A stretch of 64,000 bases of DNA, from positions 12,028,001 through 12,092,000 of the forward strand of contig OZ059894.1 of NCBI GenBank assembly GCA_964057225.1. Direction: 5' to 3'. Below are positions 10,551-23,409 of this stretch, piece after piece. The DNA is from Auanema rhodensis (Eukaryota; Animalia; Nematoda). Under the pieces are notes generated by a model. That model was not told where the DNA came from. It did not search any database and saw only the letters and a program-made list of their open reading frames with translations. Each line of letters starts with the position of its first letter. Position 1 is the stretch's first letter. The position numbers and the translations under genes are program-made.

Positions 10551-10791
10551 AATGTTATATTCTTCATTATCAGTTATATCACTCTAAATCTTGTTGTTAA
10601 TAGTTAGGACCACAAAGAAAACAACAGGAACAGTAACAAATGAAATGCCCAAACTTTACAGTGTTCGAGTTATTTACAGTATCTAAGACTACCTCTGTCG
10701 TGTTATTAGAGCAAACATTCGATTAACAACAACTTTTTTTTAGTTATCAAAGCTTTTTTATTTCTTCAAAAAATTTCAAATAAAATATAAA

Positions 10792-10910
10792 AGCTTACGA
10801 CACCCGGGATTCCCAAGCCGTCTCCGATCCAAGTACTAACCGGGCCCAACGTTGCTTGACTTGCCAGATCGGACGGGATGGCGTACTTTCAACGTGGTAT
10901 GGTCGTAAGC
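10792..10910 (-). rRNA. 5S: 5S rRNA
   Basis: Array copy. Confidence 0.96.
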
Positions 10911-11052
10911 AATGTCATATTCTTCATTATCAGTTATATCACTCTAAATCTTGTTGTTAATAGATACGACCACAAAGAAAACAACAGGAACAGTAACAAT
11001 AACAAAAAAAATTTTTTTTTCACCTATGTGTCTAAAGGTTAGCCATGTATCC

Positions 11053-11092
<40 letters not shown>

Positions 11093-12269
11093 ACAGTAAA
11101 AAGTCCAATCAAGAGAGAAATTTTTTCAACACATAGTTGTTTTTTTTTTAAATATCATTGTTTTTCCTCATAACTCGGTTTAAACTCGTTCTAACCCGTT
11201 GAAATACGTCTAGAAAGTCTTTATAACATGCATATGTATGATAGAACTTCATATTTATTGTAATAGAAAATTTTATTTTCAGACGTCTTGGTTAACAATG
11301 ATATGTTTTACCCCCTTATAATTTTTATCATAATGTTCCTTATACGGAACGCTCAATGAAACTTGCTTCCAGAAAAATTTCTTTCTATTTTTTCTTCATA
11401 TGTACGTAGATACTATAGAGAACTATGATAGAAAACTTTAACATTCACGAAATCATCATTTCTCATTACGCTACGGAGGTTTAAAAAGCTGTGTTTTACC
11501 TTATAATAGACCGGAAAACCCTTGTGTTAAAACTGGACCGTTTTTACACATATAAAAATGTCCCGTATTCGGGACCCTAATGTAACTTTTGATTCCCTAT
11601 ATTTTTTTTCATGAAATTTACAATCTACTGTAGAAAGAAGAATTATTTTTATAAAAACTGTAAATTTTTGAAAAATGAAAACAAAACGAAAACAAAAACA
11701 ACTTTTTTTTGAACATTTTCTCACACAAGGGTCCCCCCTTACCTACTTTTTTTCTCATTACTCGTTTCAACCTCATCCGATCACTCTGCAAACATGTTTA
11801 ATCGTTCTAACTTGTTGAAATACGTCTTAAAAGTCTAAACAACATGCATATGCATAATAGAAACCACCCGAATAGGCCCCCACGCACTAAACGAGATATA
11901 TACATTACCAGTATAGTAATAGAACACATATTGAAGATTAATTCGATAAGAACAATTTATTGACGTAGAGAATGTTTGTTCCGAAAAACTACAATATTAA
12001 ACTATAAAAGTAACAAAAGCGTAGAGGCAGCAAAGACATGAATAAACATAAATGTAAATACAGAATTACCAGGTAGTACATAAGTATGACAAAAAATTAT
12101 AAGAAAGCCATGAAAATAGAAGGTTTGTGAACAAATGAGAGGTACATCTTTGATCGTATAGTCATTTCTAAACCGTTCGTATGCTGCAGCATCGTCATAA
12201 GCGTCACTCAAGTTGAATTTCCATGTGTACTACACGATTTTCATTCTTATTGTTACATTCTTTCCCTGA

Positions 12270-12458
12270 GGGAATGGGCCGTTCCCGCCAGCAGTGCAAG
12301 AGCGGGTCGACCCGTGAGGTGGAGCTAGCAAGCCAGCATCTACCTCAAGTCTCAAAAATCGGTTAACCTTATTGTGAACCAATGGAACACATATCGAAGG
12401 TTAATTCGATAAGAACGATTACTACACTTTGATCTTAGCCAAAAGGCCGAGAAGCGAT
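12270..12458 (-). ncRNA. U2: U2 snRNA
   Basis: Intact array copy. Confidence 0.95.
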
Positions 12459-12900
12459 ACAGCATAGCCATGAGTATCAAAGACATCAAGCAAATGTATC
12501 GTACTTGTTACGAGTGCACTCTCTCATTTGAATATAAAAGTGTGGTTTGACAATCTTGACTGTACAGGTCATAAATGGCTCATATAAACTGTGGATTTAC
12601 TCAACTTTTGGACTTATTTTTTTCTTATTCGAAGCGCTGCACTTTTTTCTATTCTTTTTATTCAAATACTTGTATATAGTTTTATATGTACGGTTGCAAA
12701 GTTTCCGAATATTTTATATATTTTTATACAATAATTAGGAGAAGGTTAATACAATGAAATCTCCCAACTTTACAGTGTTTGTATTGCTTACAGTATCTAG
12801 AACAACCACTCTTGTAATATTAGAGCACATATCAATCAACAACTTTTTCTAGTTATCAAAGCTTTTTTATTTCTTCAAGATATTTCAAATAAAATATAAA

Positions 12901-13019
12901 AGCTTACGACACCCGGGATTCCCAAGCCGTCTCCGATCCAAGTACTAACCGGGCCCAACGTTGCTTGACTTGCCAGATCGGACGGGATGGCGTACTTTCA
13001 ACGTGGTATGGTCGTAAGC
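12901..13019 (-). rRNA. 5S: 5S rRNA
   Basis: Array copy. Confidence 0.96.
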
Positions 13020-13260
13020 AATGTTATATTCTTCATTATCAGTTATATCACTCTAAATCTTGTTGTTAATAGTTAGGACCACAAAGAAAACAACAGGAAC
13101 AGTAACAAATGAAATGCCCAAACTTTACAGTGTTCGAGTTATTTACAGTATCTAAGACTACCTCTGTCGTGTTATTAGAGCAAACATTCGATTAACAACA
13201 ACTTTTTTTTAGTTATCAAAGCTTTTTTATTTCTTCAAAAAATTTCAAATAAAATATAAA

Positions 13261-13379
13261 AGCTTACGACACCCGGGATTCCCAAGCCGTCTCCGATCCA
13301 AGTACTAACCGGGCCCAACGTTGCTTGACTTGCCAGATCGGACGGGATGGCGTACTTTCAACGTGGTATGGTCGTAAGC
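13261..13379 (-). rRNA. 5S: 5S rRNA
   Basis: Array copy. Confidence 0.96.
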
Positions 13380-13522
13380 AATGTCATATTCTTCATTATC
13401 AGTTATATCACTCTAAATCTTGTTGTTAATAGATACGACCACAAAGAAAACAACAGGAACAGTAACAATAACAAAAAAAATTTTTTTTTCACCTATGTGT
13501 CTAAAGGTTAGCCATGTATCCG

Positions 13523-13586
<64 letters not shown>

Positions 13587-14763
13587 ACAGTAAAAAGTCC
13601 AATCAAGAGAGAAATTTTTTCAACACATAGTTGTTTTTTTTTTAAATATCATTGTTTTTCCTCATAACTCGGTTTAAACTCGTTCTAACCCGTTGAAATA
13701 CGTCTAGAAAGTCTTTATAACATGCATATGTATGATAGAACTTCATATTTATTGTAATAGAAAATTTTATTTTCAGACGTCTTGGTTAACAATGATATGT
13801 TTTACCCCCTTATAATTTTTATCATAATGTTCCTTATACGGAACGCTCAATGAAACTTGCTTCCAGAAAAATTTCTTTCTATTTTTTCTTCATATGTACG
13901 TAGATACTATAGAGAACTATGATAGAAAACTTTAACATTCACGAAATCATCATTTCTCATTACGCTACGGAGGTTTAAAAAGCTGTGTTTTACCTTATAA
14001 TAGACCGGAAAACCCTTGTGTTAAAACTGGACCGTTTTTACACATATAAAAATGTCCCGTATTCGGGACCCTAATGTAACTTTTGATTCCCTATATTTTT
14101 TTTCATGAAATTTACAATCTACTGTAGAAAGAAGAATTATTTTTATAAAAACTGTAAATTTTTGAAAAATGAAAACAAAACGAAAACAAAAACAACTTTT
14201 TTTTGAACATTTTCTCACACAAGGGTCCCCCCTTACCTACTTTTTTTCTCATTACTCGTTTCAACCTCATCCGATCACTCTGCAAACATGTTTAATCGTT
14301 CTAACTTGTTGAAATACGTCTTAAAAGTCTAAACAACATGCATATGCATAATAGAAACCACCCGAATAGGCCCCCACGCACTAAACGAGATATATACATT
14401 ACCAGTATAGTAATAGAACACATATTGAAGATTAATTCGATAAGAACAATTTATTGACGTAGAGAATGTTTGTTCCGAAAAACTACAATATTAAACTATA
14501 AAAGTAACAAAAGCGTAGAGGCAGCAAAGACATGAATAAACATAAATGTAAATACAGAATTACCAGGTAGTACATAAGTATGACAAAAAATTATAAGAAA
14601 GCCATGAAAATAGAAGGTTTGTGAACAAATGAGAGGTACATCTTTGATCGTATAGTCATTTCTAAACCGTTCGTATGCTGCAGCATCGTCATAAGCGTCA
14701 CTCAAGTTGAATTTCCATGTGTACTACACGATTTTCATTCTTATTGTTACATTCTTTCCCTGA

Positions 14764-14952
14764 GGGAATGGGCCGTTCCCGCCAGCAGTGCAAGAGCGGG
14801 TCGACCCGTGAGGTGGAGCTAGCAAGCCAGCATCTACCTCAAGTCTCAAAAATCGGTTAACCTTATTGTGAACCAATGGAACACATATCGAAGGTTAATT
14901 CGATAAGAACGATTACTACACTTTGATCTTAGCCAAAAGGCCGAGAAGCGAT
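14764..14952 (-). ncRNA. U2: U2 snRNA
   Basis: Intact array copy. Confidence 0.95.
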
Positions 14953-15394
14953 ACAGCATAGCCATGAGTATCAAAGACATCAAGCAAATGTATCGTACTT
15001 GTTACGAGTGCACTCTCTCATTTGAATATAAAAGTGTGGTTTGACAATCTTGACTGTACAGGTCATAAATGGCTCATATAAACTGTGGATTTACTCAACT
15101 TTTGGACTTATTTTTTTCTTATTCGAAGCGCTGCACTTTTTTCTATTCTTTTTATTCAAATACTTGTATATAGTTTTATATGTACGGTTGCAAAGTTTCC
15201 GAATATTTTATATATTTTTATACAATAATTAGGAGAAGGTTAATACAATGAAATCTCCCAACTTTACAGTGTTTGTATTGCTTACAGTATCTAGAACAAC
15301 CACTCTTGTAATATTAGAGCACATATCAATCAACAACTTTTTCTAGTTATCAAAGCTTTTTTATTTCTTCAAGATATTTCAAATAAAATATAAA

Positions 15395-15513
15395 AGCTTA
15401 CGACACCCGGGATTCCCAAGCCGTCTCCGATCCAAGTACTAACCGGGCCCAACGTTGCTTGACTTGCCAGATCGGACGGGATGGCGTACTTTCAACGTGG
15501 TATGGTCGTAAGC
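15395..15513 (-). rRNA. 5S: 5S rRNA
   Basis: Array copy. Confidence 0.96.
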
Positions 15514-15754
15514 AATGTTATATTCTTCATTATCAGTTATATCACTCTAAATCTTGTTGTTAATAGTTAGGACCACAAAGAAAACAACAGGAACAGTAAC
15601 AAATGAAATGCCCAAACTTTACAGTGTTCGAGTTATTTACAGTATCTAAGACTACCTCTGTCGTGTTATTAGAGCAAACATTCGATTAACAACAACTTTT
15701 TTTTAGTTATCAAAGCTTTTTTATTTCTTCAAAAAATTTCAAATAAAATATAAA

Positions 15755-15873
15755 AGCTTACGACACCCGGGATTCCCAAGCCGTCTCCGATCCAAGTACT
15801 AACCGGGCCCAACGTTGCTTGACTTGCCAGATCGGACGGGATGGCGTACTTTCAACGTGGTATGGTCGTAAGC
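15755..15873 (-). rRNA. 5S: 5S rRNA
   Basis: Array copy. Confidence 0.96.
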
Positions 15874-16015
15874 AATGTCATATTCTTCATTATCAGTTAT
15901 ATCACTCTAAATCTTGTTGTTAATAGATACGACCACAAAGAAAACAACAGGAACAGTAACAATAACAAAAAAAATTTTTTTTTCACCTATGTGTCTAAAG
16001 GTTAGCCATGTATCC

Positions 16016-16056
<41 letters not shown>

Positions 16057-16059
<3 letters not shown>

Positions 16060-17606
16060 TGTGGTGCAAAATATAGTAACCTCTTGAAAAAAATCTAAAT
16101 TTTTTTAATATCAATATTTTTCTGAACAATGTTCACAAATAAATAATAAACACTCCTACATGTGTCAAACCATAAATAAAGCAAGGTGTCAACGCATGTC
16201 ATAAAAAAGATATATGAACAAAACCTTTTTTTCAGCGATCATTACTATCATCAAAAAAAACTTTAAAATAATTTTTTTTGCTTTCAACTTAATTTTTTGA
16301 ATATTTTTGCTAATTCTTGAAATTTATTCAGGCTTTACCTGAATAATGCCCGGAACCAGAGACTTGTCAGTTGCTGAGAAAGCTCAAATCCACGCCTTTT
16401 CTGTCGCGGGTTGGAGCCATCGAGCAATTGCCGAAAATCTGGGCCGTGCACGAAGCACGGTGACCCGCTTCTTATCAGAAGGTAGCGTCAATTCAAGACG
16501 TTCAAATTGTGGTAGGAAGCCTGTTTTGAATGACAGGGATAAGAGGCGAATTATACGTTTAGCGTCTAATTCTACTAACAGTTGTAGTACTATTGCAGGC
16601 AAACTGCATTTAAACGTATCGAGATGGACGGTACGCAAGGTTCTGTCACAAGCGACAACCATAAAGAGAGCTAAAATGAGAAAAGCCCCGTTTTTGACCC
16701 CTGTTCATAAGAGAAATAGGGTCCTTTTTGCCGAAGAGAATGAGGAGCGAGAGTGGACAAAAGTAAACAGAATATAAAAAACGTAGATTTTAATTTCTTT
16801 GTTCTAGGTCATATTTTCTGATGAAAAGAAGTTCAACCTCGATGGTCCTGACGGAGTCCATCATTATTGGAGGGACCTTCGTAAGGAGCCGAGGTACTTC
16901 TCAAAACGTACCGCTGGAGGAGGTTCAGTTATGGTTTGGGCTGCATTTTCCTCAACGGGAAAGTTGCAGATCCAATTCACAACGAACACACTAAACTCCG
17001 AGGACTATCAGGCTATCCTACAAGATAGTCTGATTCCTTATATCAACAGTTATCCTGATGAAAATTTGATTTTTCAACAAGATAATGCCCCCATCCATGC
17101 CAGTAGGTCCACAAAAACATGGCTGGATGAACATAATATTAGTGTTTTGAAATGGCCTTCCAATTCCCCTGATCTAAACCCTATAGAAAATCTATGGGGT
17201 ATTCTTGTTAAAAAGCTGTACGAAGATGGAAGACAGTATGAAAATACTAGACAACTTCGGACAGCAATTTTAAATGCATGGGACCTCCTATCAATTGAAA
17301 CCTGTTCAAATTTGGCATCAAGCATGCCAAGACGTTTAGCTCAGGTAATTGAAAACAATGGAGGTCCTACTTCATATTAAAATTGTGTTTTTTTAATTTT
17401 TTGTTTAACTTCATTTTTGCCCAAAAGTTGTAAAAAAAATATTTTCACTTTTTCTCACATCCACATTGTTAATTAATTTTCCTCTCAATAATAAAATGTT
17501 TGTTAATTTGAAAGCTTCTAAACAATACAAAAAGATTTGGAACAAAACATCATTTGAAAAAAAAAAAAGTTAAAATAAAGAGGTTACAATATTTTGCACC
17601 ACAGTG
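16057..17606 (+). mobile_element. Tc1/mariner superfamily, Tc3-like DNA transposon (1550 bp) inserted in (TA)n
   Basis: 29-bp TIRs CACTGTGGTGCAAAATA(T)WGTAACCTCTT at 16057-16085 and 17578-17606 (1 mismatch); TA on both sides. Confidence 0.95.
16346..17380 (+). CDS. Tc3-like DD34E transposase, 329 aa, two exons (16346-16762, 16808-17380)
   Basis: A 45-nt GT..AG intron at 16763-16807 joins WTK to VIFSDEKKFNLDGPDG in frame. QQDNAP and SPDLNPIEN motifs; N-terminal HTH. Confidence 0.94.
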
Positions 17607-18798
17607 TATATATATATATCAACAGTAAAAAGTCCAATCAAGAGAGAAATTTTTTCAACACATAGTTGTTTTTTTTTTAAATATCATTGTTTTTCCTCAT
17701 AACTCGGTTTAAACTCGTTCTAACCCGTTGAAATACGTCTAGAAAGTCTTTATAACATGCATATGTATGATAGAACTTCATATTTATTGTAATAGAAAAT
17801 TTTATTTTCAGACGTCTTGGTTAACAATGATATGTTTTACCCCCTTATAATTTTTATCATAATGTTCCTTATACGGAACGCTCAATGAAACTTGCTTCCA
17901 GAAAAATTTCTTTCTATTTTTTCTTCATATGTACGTAGATACTATAGAGAACTATGATAGAAAACTTTAACATTCACGAAATCATCATTTCTCATTACGC
18001 TACGGAGGTTTAAAAAGCTGTGTTTTACCTTATAATAGACCGGAAAACCCTTGTGTTAAAACTGGACCGTTTTTACACATATAAAAATGTCCCGTATTCG
18101 GGACCCTAATGTAACTTTTGATTCCCTATATTTTTTTTCATGAAATTTACAATCTACTGTAGAAAGAAGAATTATTTTTATAAAAACTGTAAATTTTTGA
18201 AAAATGAAAACAAAACGAAAACAAAAACAACTTTTTTTTGAACATTTTCTCACACAAGGGTCCCCCCTTACCTACTTTTTTTCTCATTACTCGTTTCAAC
18301 CTCATCCGATCACTCTGCAAACATGTTTAATCGTTCTAACTTGTTGAAATACGTCTTAAAAGTCTAAACAACATGCATATGCATAATAGAAACCACCCGA
18401 ATAGGCCCCCACGCACTAAACGAGATATATACATTACCAGTATAGTAATAGAACACATATTGAAGATTAATTCGATAAGAACAATTTATTGACGTAGAGA
18501 ATGTTTGTTCCGAAAAACTACAATATTAAACTATAAAAGTAACAAAAGCGTAGAGGCAGCAAAGACATGAATAAACATAAATGTAAATACAGAATTACCA
18601 GGTAGTACATAAGTATGACAAAAAATTATAAGAAAGCCATGAAAATAGAAGGTTTGTGAACAAATGAGAGGTACATCTTTGATCGTCTAGTCATTTCTAA
18701 ACCGTTCGTATGCTGCAGCATCGTCATAAGCGTCACTCAAGTTGAATTTCCATGTGTACTACACGATTTTCATTCTTATTGTTACATTCTTTCCCTGA

Positions 18799-18948
18799 GG
18801 GAATGGGCCGTTCCCGCCAGCAGTGCAAGAGCGGGTCGACCCGTGAGGTGGAGCTAGCAAGCCAGCATCTACCTCAAGTCTCAAAAATCGGTTAACCTTA
18901 TTGTGAACCAATGGAACACATATCGAAGGTTAATTCGATAAGAACGAT
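18799..18948 (-). pseudogene. U2: U2 snRNA 3' part (nt 40-189), interrupted by the short element
   Basis: Identical to U2 nt 40-189. Confidence 0.92.
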
Positions 18949-19732
18949 TTATTGAAGTAGATAATGTTTGTCCCGGAGGACTACAATTTTAAAATAATTA
19001 CTGAAGCCGTTAGGCAGCGAGAAAATAGTAAGGATACTATCCGCACTGAGTGCGTCGTATCATGAAAAAAAAAAGAGAATGTAAAGAAGGCAGAGCATAG
19101 ACTTAGATAATGACATCACTAGTTGTAGATTTGTGGCATCTGCAGCTGCGGGTATGAGGATCAGCATGAACAGATTAAATTTACATGAACAAAGTGGGAA
19201 CATTTTGAGGAACTTAGGGAACGGAGTAATGCGATCATTTTCAAAAATAGAATTACCTATCTGTAGCTACGGATAAAGAGGAATAGCTTTGAATAGATGG
19301 AAATTTACATGAAAATATGTGACATTATGAAACAGCACAATAGATAATGAGACTACGGAAAAAATAGTATCCTTTTGCGTTCTTGATGGATCTGCGGCTC
19401 CCGTCATTGGCTGCGGTTTCGGTGCTCAGCTGGCTAGTCGTCGGCGTTGGACATCGTGGATCGTAATGAGGTTTTCCATAGATTCCGGCTCGGCTGGTTC
19501 TGTGTGCGTTCTTCTCCGTTGTCGTGGTGGTGTTCTTCTCGGCTTTTTCTTTCTCCAAAATTTAACTATACTGAAGGTAGAGCTTTGTTTCACAATTGCT
19601 ACCAAGAGTGAAGAACATTAGCTACTACCAACAGCATAGGACCGCCTCAAGGCCTGGTAGATCAATCAGTGTTGCTTCAATCACCAAGTATTGCGGCCTA
19701 GGCCCTTGGATCAATTCACAACACCAGTATAG
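18949..19732 (-). mobile_element. 784-bp non-autonomous U2-targeted retroelement (SINE/SIDE-like)
   Basis: Same insertion site as Utopia. 3' end CTACTTCAATAA versus Utopia TTCAATAAACC. Flanked by 40-bp duplicated U2 nt 40-79 (18909-18948, 19733-19772). No long ORF. Confidence 0.85.
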
Positions 19733-19811
19733 CAATGGAACACATATCGAAGGTTAATTCGATAAGAACGATTACTACACTTTGATCTTAGCCAAAAGGC
19801 CGAGAAGCGAT
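19733..19811 (-). pseudogene. U2: U2 snRNA 5' part (nt 1-79) fused to the short element
   Basis: Exact U2 nt 1-79. Confidence 0.92.
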
Positions 19812-20253
19812 ACAGCATAGCCATGAGTATCAAAGACATCAAGCAAATGTATCGTACTTGTTACGAGTGCACTCTCTCATTTGAATATAAAAGTGTGGTT
19901 TGACAATCTTGACTGTACAGGTCATAAATGGCTCATATAAACTGTGGATTTACTCAACTTTTGGACTTATTTTTTTCTTATTCGAAGCGCTGCACTTTTT
20001 TCTATTCTTTTTATTCAAATACTTGTATATAGTTTTATATGTACGGTTGCAAAGTTTCCGAATATTTTATATATTTTTATACAATAATTAGGAGAAGGTT
20101 AATACAATGAAATCTCCCAACTTTACAGTGTTTGTATTGCTTACAGTATCTAGAACAACCACTCTTGTAATATTAGAGCACATATCAATCAACAACTTTT
20201 TCTAGTTATCAAAGCTTTTTTATTTCTTCAAGATATTTCAAATAAAATATAAA

Positions 20254-20372
20254 AGCTTACGACACCCGGGATTCCCAAGCCGTCTCCGATCCAAGTACTA
20301 ACCGGGCCCAACGTTGCTTGACTTGCCAGATCGGACGGGATGGCGTACTTTCAACGTGGTATGGTCGTAAGC
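20254..20372 (-). rRNA. 5S: 5S rRNA
   Basis: Array copy. Confidence 0.96.
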
Positions 20373-20613
20373 AATGTTATATTCTTCATTATCAGTTATA
20401 TCACTCTAAATCTTGTTGTTAATAGTTAGGACCACAAAGAAAACAACAGGAACAGTAACAAATGAAATGCCCAAACTTTACAGTGTTCGAGTTATTTACA
20501 GTATCTAAGACTACCTCTGTCGTGTTATTAGAGCAAACATTCGATTAACAACAACTTTTTTTTAGTTATCAAAGCTTTTTTATTTCTTCAAAAAATTTCA
20601 AATAAAATATAAA

Positions 20614-20732
20614 AGCTTACGACACCCGGGATTCCCAAGCCGTCTCCGATCCAAGTACTAACCGGGCCCAACGTTGCTTGACTTGCCAGATCGGACGGGA
20701 TGGCGTACTTTCAACGTGGTATGGTCGTAAGC
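20614..20732 (-). rRNA. 5S: 5S rRNA
   Basis: Array copy. Confidence 0.96.
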
Positions 20733-20874
20733 AATGTCATATTCTTCATTATCAGTTATATCACTCTAAATCTTGTTGTTAATAGATACGACCACAAAGA
20801 AAACAACAGGAACAGTAACAATAACAAAAAAAATTTTTTTTTCACCTATGTGTCTAAAGGTTAGCCATGTATCC

Positions 20875-20920
<46 letters not shown>

Positions 20921-22097
20921 ACAGTAAAAAGTCCAATCAAGAGAGAAATTTTTTCAACACATAGTTGTTTTTTTTTTAAATATCATTGTTTTTCCTCATA
21001 ACTCGGTTTAAACTCGTTCTAACCCGTTGAAATACGTCTAGAAAGTCTTTATAACATGCATATGTATGATAGAACTTCATATTTATTGTAATAGAAAATT
21101 TTATTTTCAGACGTCTTGGTTAACAATGATATGTTTTACCCCCTTATAATTTTTATCATAATGTTCCTTATACGGAACGCTCAATGAAACTTGCTTCCAG
21201 AAAAATTTCTTTCTATTTTTTCTTCATATGTACGTAGATACTATAGAGAACTATGATAGAAAACTTTAACATTCACGAAATCATCATTTCTCATTACGCT
21301 ACGGAGGTTTAAAAAGCTGTGTTTTACCTTATAATAGACCGGAAAACCCTTGTGTTAAAACTGGACCGTTTTTACACATATAAAAATGTCCCGTATTCGG
21401 GACCCTAATGTAACTTTTGATTCCCTATATTTTTTTTCATGAAATTTACAATCTACTGTAGAAAGAAGAATTATTTTTATAAAAACTGTAAATTTTTGAA
21501 AAATGAAAACAAAACGAAAACAAAAACAACTTTTTTTTGAACATTTTCTCACACAAGGGTCCCCCCTTACCTACTTTTTTTCTCATTACTCGTTTCAACC
21601 TCATCCGATCACTCTGCAAACATGTTTAATCGTTCTAACTTGTTGAAATACGTCTTAAAAGTCTAAACAACATGCATATGCATAATAGAAACCACCCGAA
21701 TAGGCCCCCACGCACTAAACGAGATATATACATTACCAGTATAGTAATAGAACACATATTGAAGATTAATTCGATAAGAACAATTTATTGACGTAGAGAA
21801 TGTTTGTTCCGAAAAACTACAATATTAAACTATAAAAGTAACAAAAGCGTAGAGGCAGCAAAGACATGAATAAACATAAATGTAAATACAGAATTACCAG
21901 GTAGTACATAAGTATGACAAAAAATTATAAGAAAGCCATGAAAATAGAAGGTTTGTGAACAAATGAGAGGTACATCTTTGATCGTATAGTCATTTCTAAA
22001 CCGTTCGTATGCTGCAGCATCGTCATAAGCGTCACTCAAGTTGAATTTCCATGTGTACTACACGATTTTCATTCTTATTGTTACATTCTTTCCCTGA

Positions 22098-22286
22098 GGG
22101 AATGGGCCGTTCCCGCCAGCAGTGCAAGAGCGGGTCGACCCGTGAGGTGGAGCTAGCAAGCCAGCATCTACCTCAAGTCTCAAAAATCGGTTAACCTTAT
22201 TGTGAACCAATGGAACACATATCGAAGGTTAATTCGATAAGAACGATTACTACACTTTGATCTTAGCCAAAAGGCCGAGAAGCGAT
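22098..22286 (-). ncRNA. U2: U2 snRNA
   Basis: Intact array copy. Confidence 0.95.
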
Positions 22287-22728
22287 ACAGCATAGCCATG
22301 AGTATCAAAGACATCAAGCAAATGTATCGTACTTGTTACGAGTGCACTCTCTCATTTGAATATAAAAGTGTGGTTTGACAATCTTGACTGTACAGGTCAT
22401 AAATGGCTCATATAAACTGTGGATTTACTCAACTTTTGGACTTATTTTTTTCTTATTCGAAGCGCTGCACTTTTTTCTATTCTTTTTATTCAAATACTTG
22501 TATATAGTTTTATATGTACGGTTGCAAAGTTTCCGAATATTTTATATATTTTTATACAATAATTAGGAGAAGGTTAATACAATGAAATCTCCCAACTTTA
22601 CAGTGTTTGTATTGCTTACAGTATCTAGAACAACCACTCTTGTAATATTAGAGCACATATCAATCAACAACTTTTTCTAGTTATCAAAGCTTTTTTATTT
22701 CTTCAAGATATTTCAAATAAAATATAAA

Positions 22729-22847
22729 AGCTTACGACACCCGGGATTCCCAAGCCGTCTCCGATCCAAGTACTAACCGGGCCCAACGTTGCTTGACTTG
22801 CCAGATCGGACGGGATGGCGTACTTTCAACGTGGTATGGTCGTAAGC
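22729..22847 (-). rRNA. 5S: 5S rRNA
   Basis: Array copy. Confidence 0.96.
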
Positions 22848-23088
22848 AATGTTATATTCTTCATTATCAGTTATATCACTCTAAATCTTGTTGTTAATAG
22901 TTAGGACCACAAAGAAAACAACAGGAACAGTAACAAATGAAATGCCCAAACTTTACAGTGTTCGAGTTATTTACAGTATCTAAGACTACCTCTGTCGTGT
23001 TATTAGAGCAAACATTCGATTAACAACAACTTTTTTTTAGTTATCAAAGCTTTTTTATTTCTTCAAAAAATTTCAAATAAAATATAAA

Positions 23089-23207
23089 AGCTTACGACAC
23101 CCGGGATTCCCAAGCCGTCTCCGATCCAAGTACTAACCGGGCCCAACGTTGCTTGACTTGCCAGATCGGACGGGATGGCGTACTTTCAACGTGGTATGGT
23201 CGTAAGC
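23089..23207 (-). rRNA. 5S: 5S rRNA
   Basis: Array copy. Confidence 0.96.
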
Positions 23208-23349
23208 AATGTCATATTCTTCATTATCAGTTATATCACTCTAAATCTTGTTGTTAATAGATACGACCACAAAGAAAACAACAGGAACAGTAACAATAAC
23301 AAAAAAAATTTTTTTTTCACCTATGTGTCTAAAGGTTAGCCATGTATCC

Positions 23350-23409
<60 letters not shown>

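Noticed and set aside
19325-19558. 77-aa ORF in the short element as a functional protein
   Set aside because: TTG start and no domain. The informative Utopia-like peptide is in a different, stop-interrupted frame.
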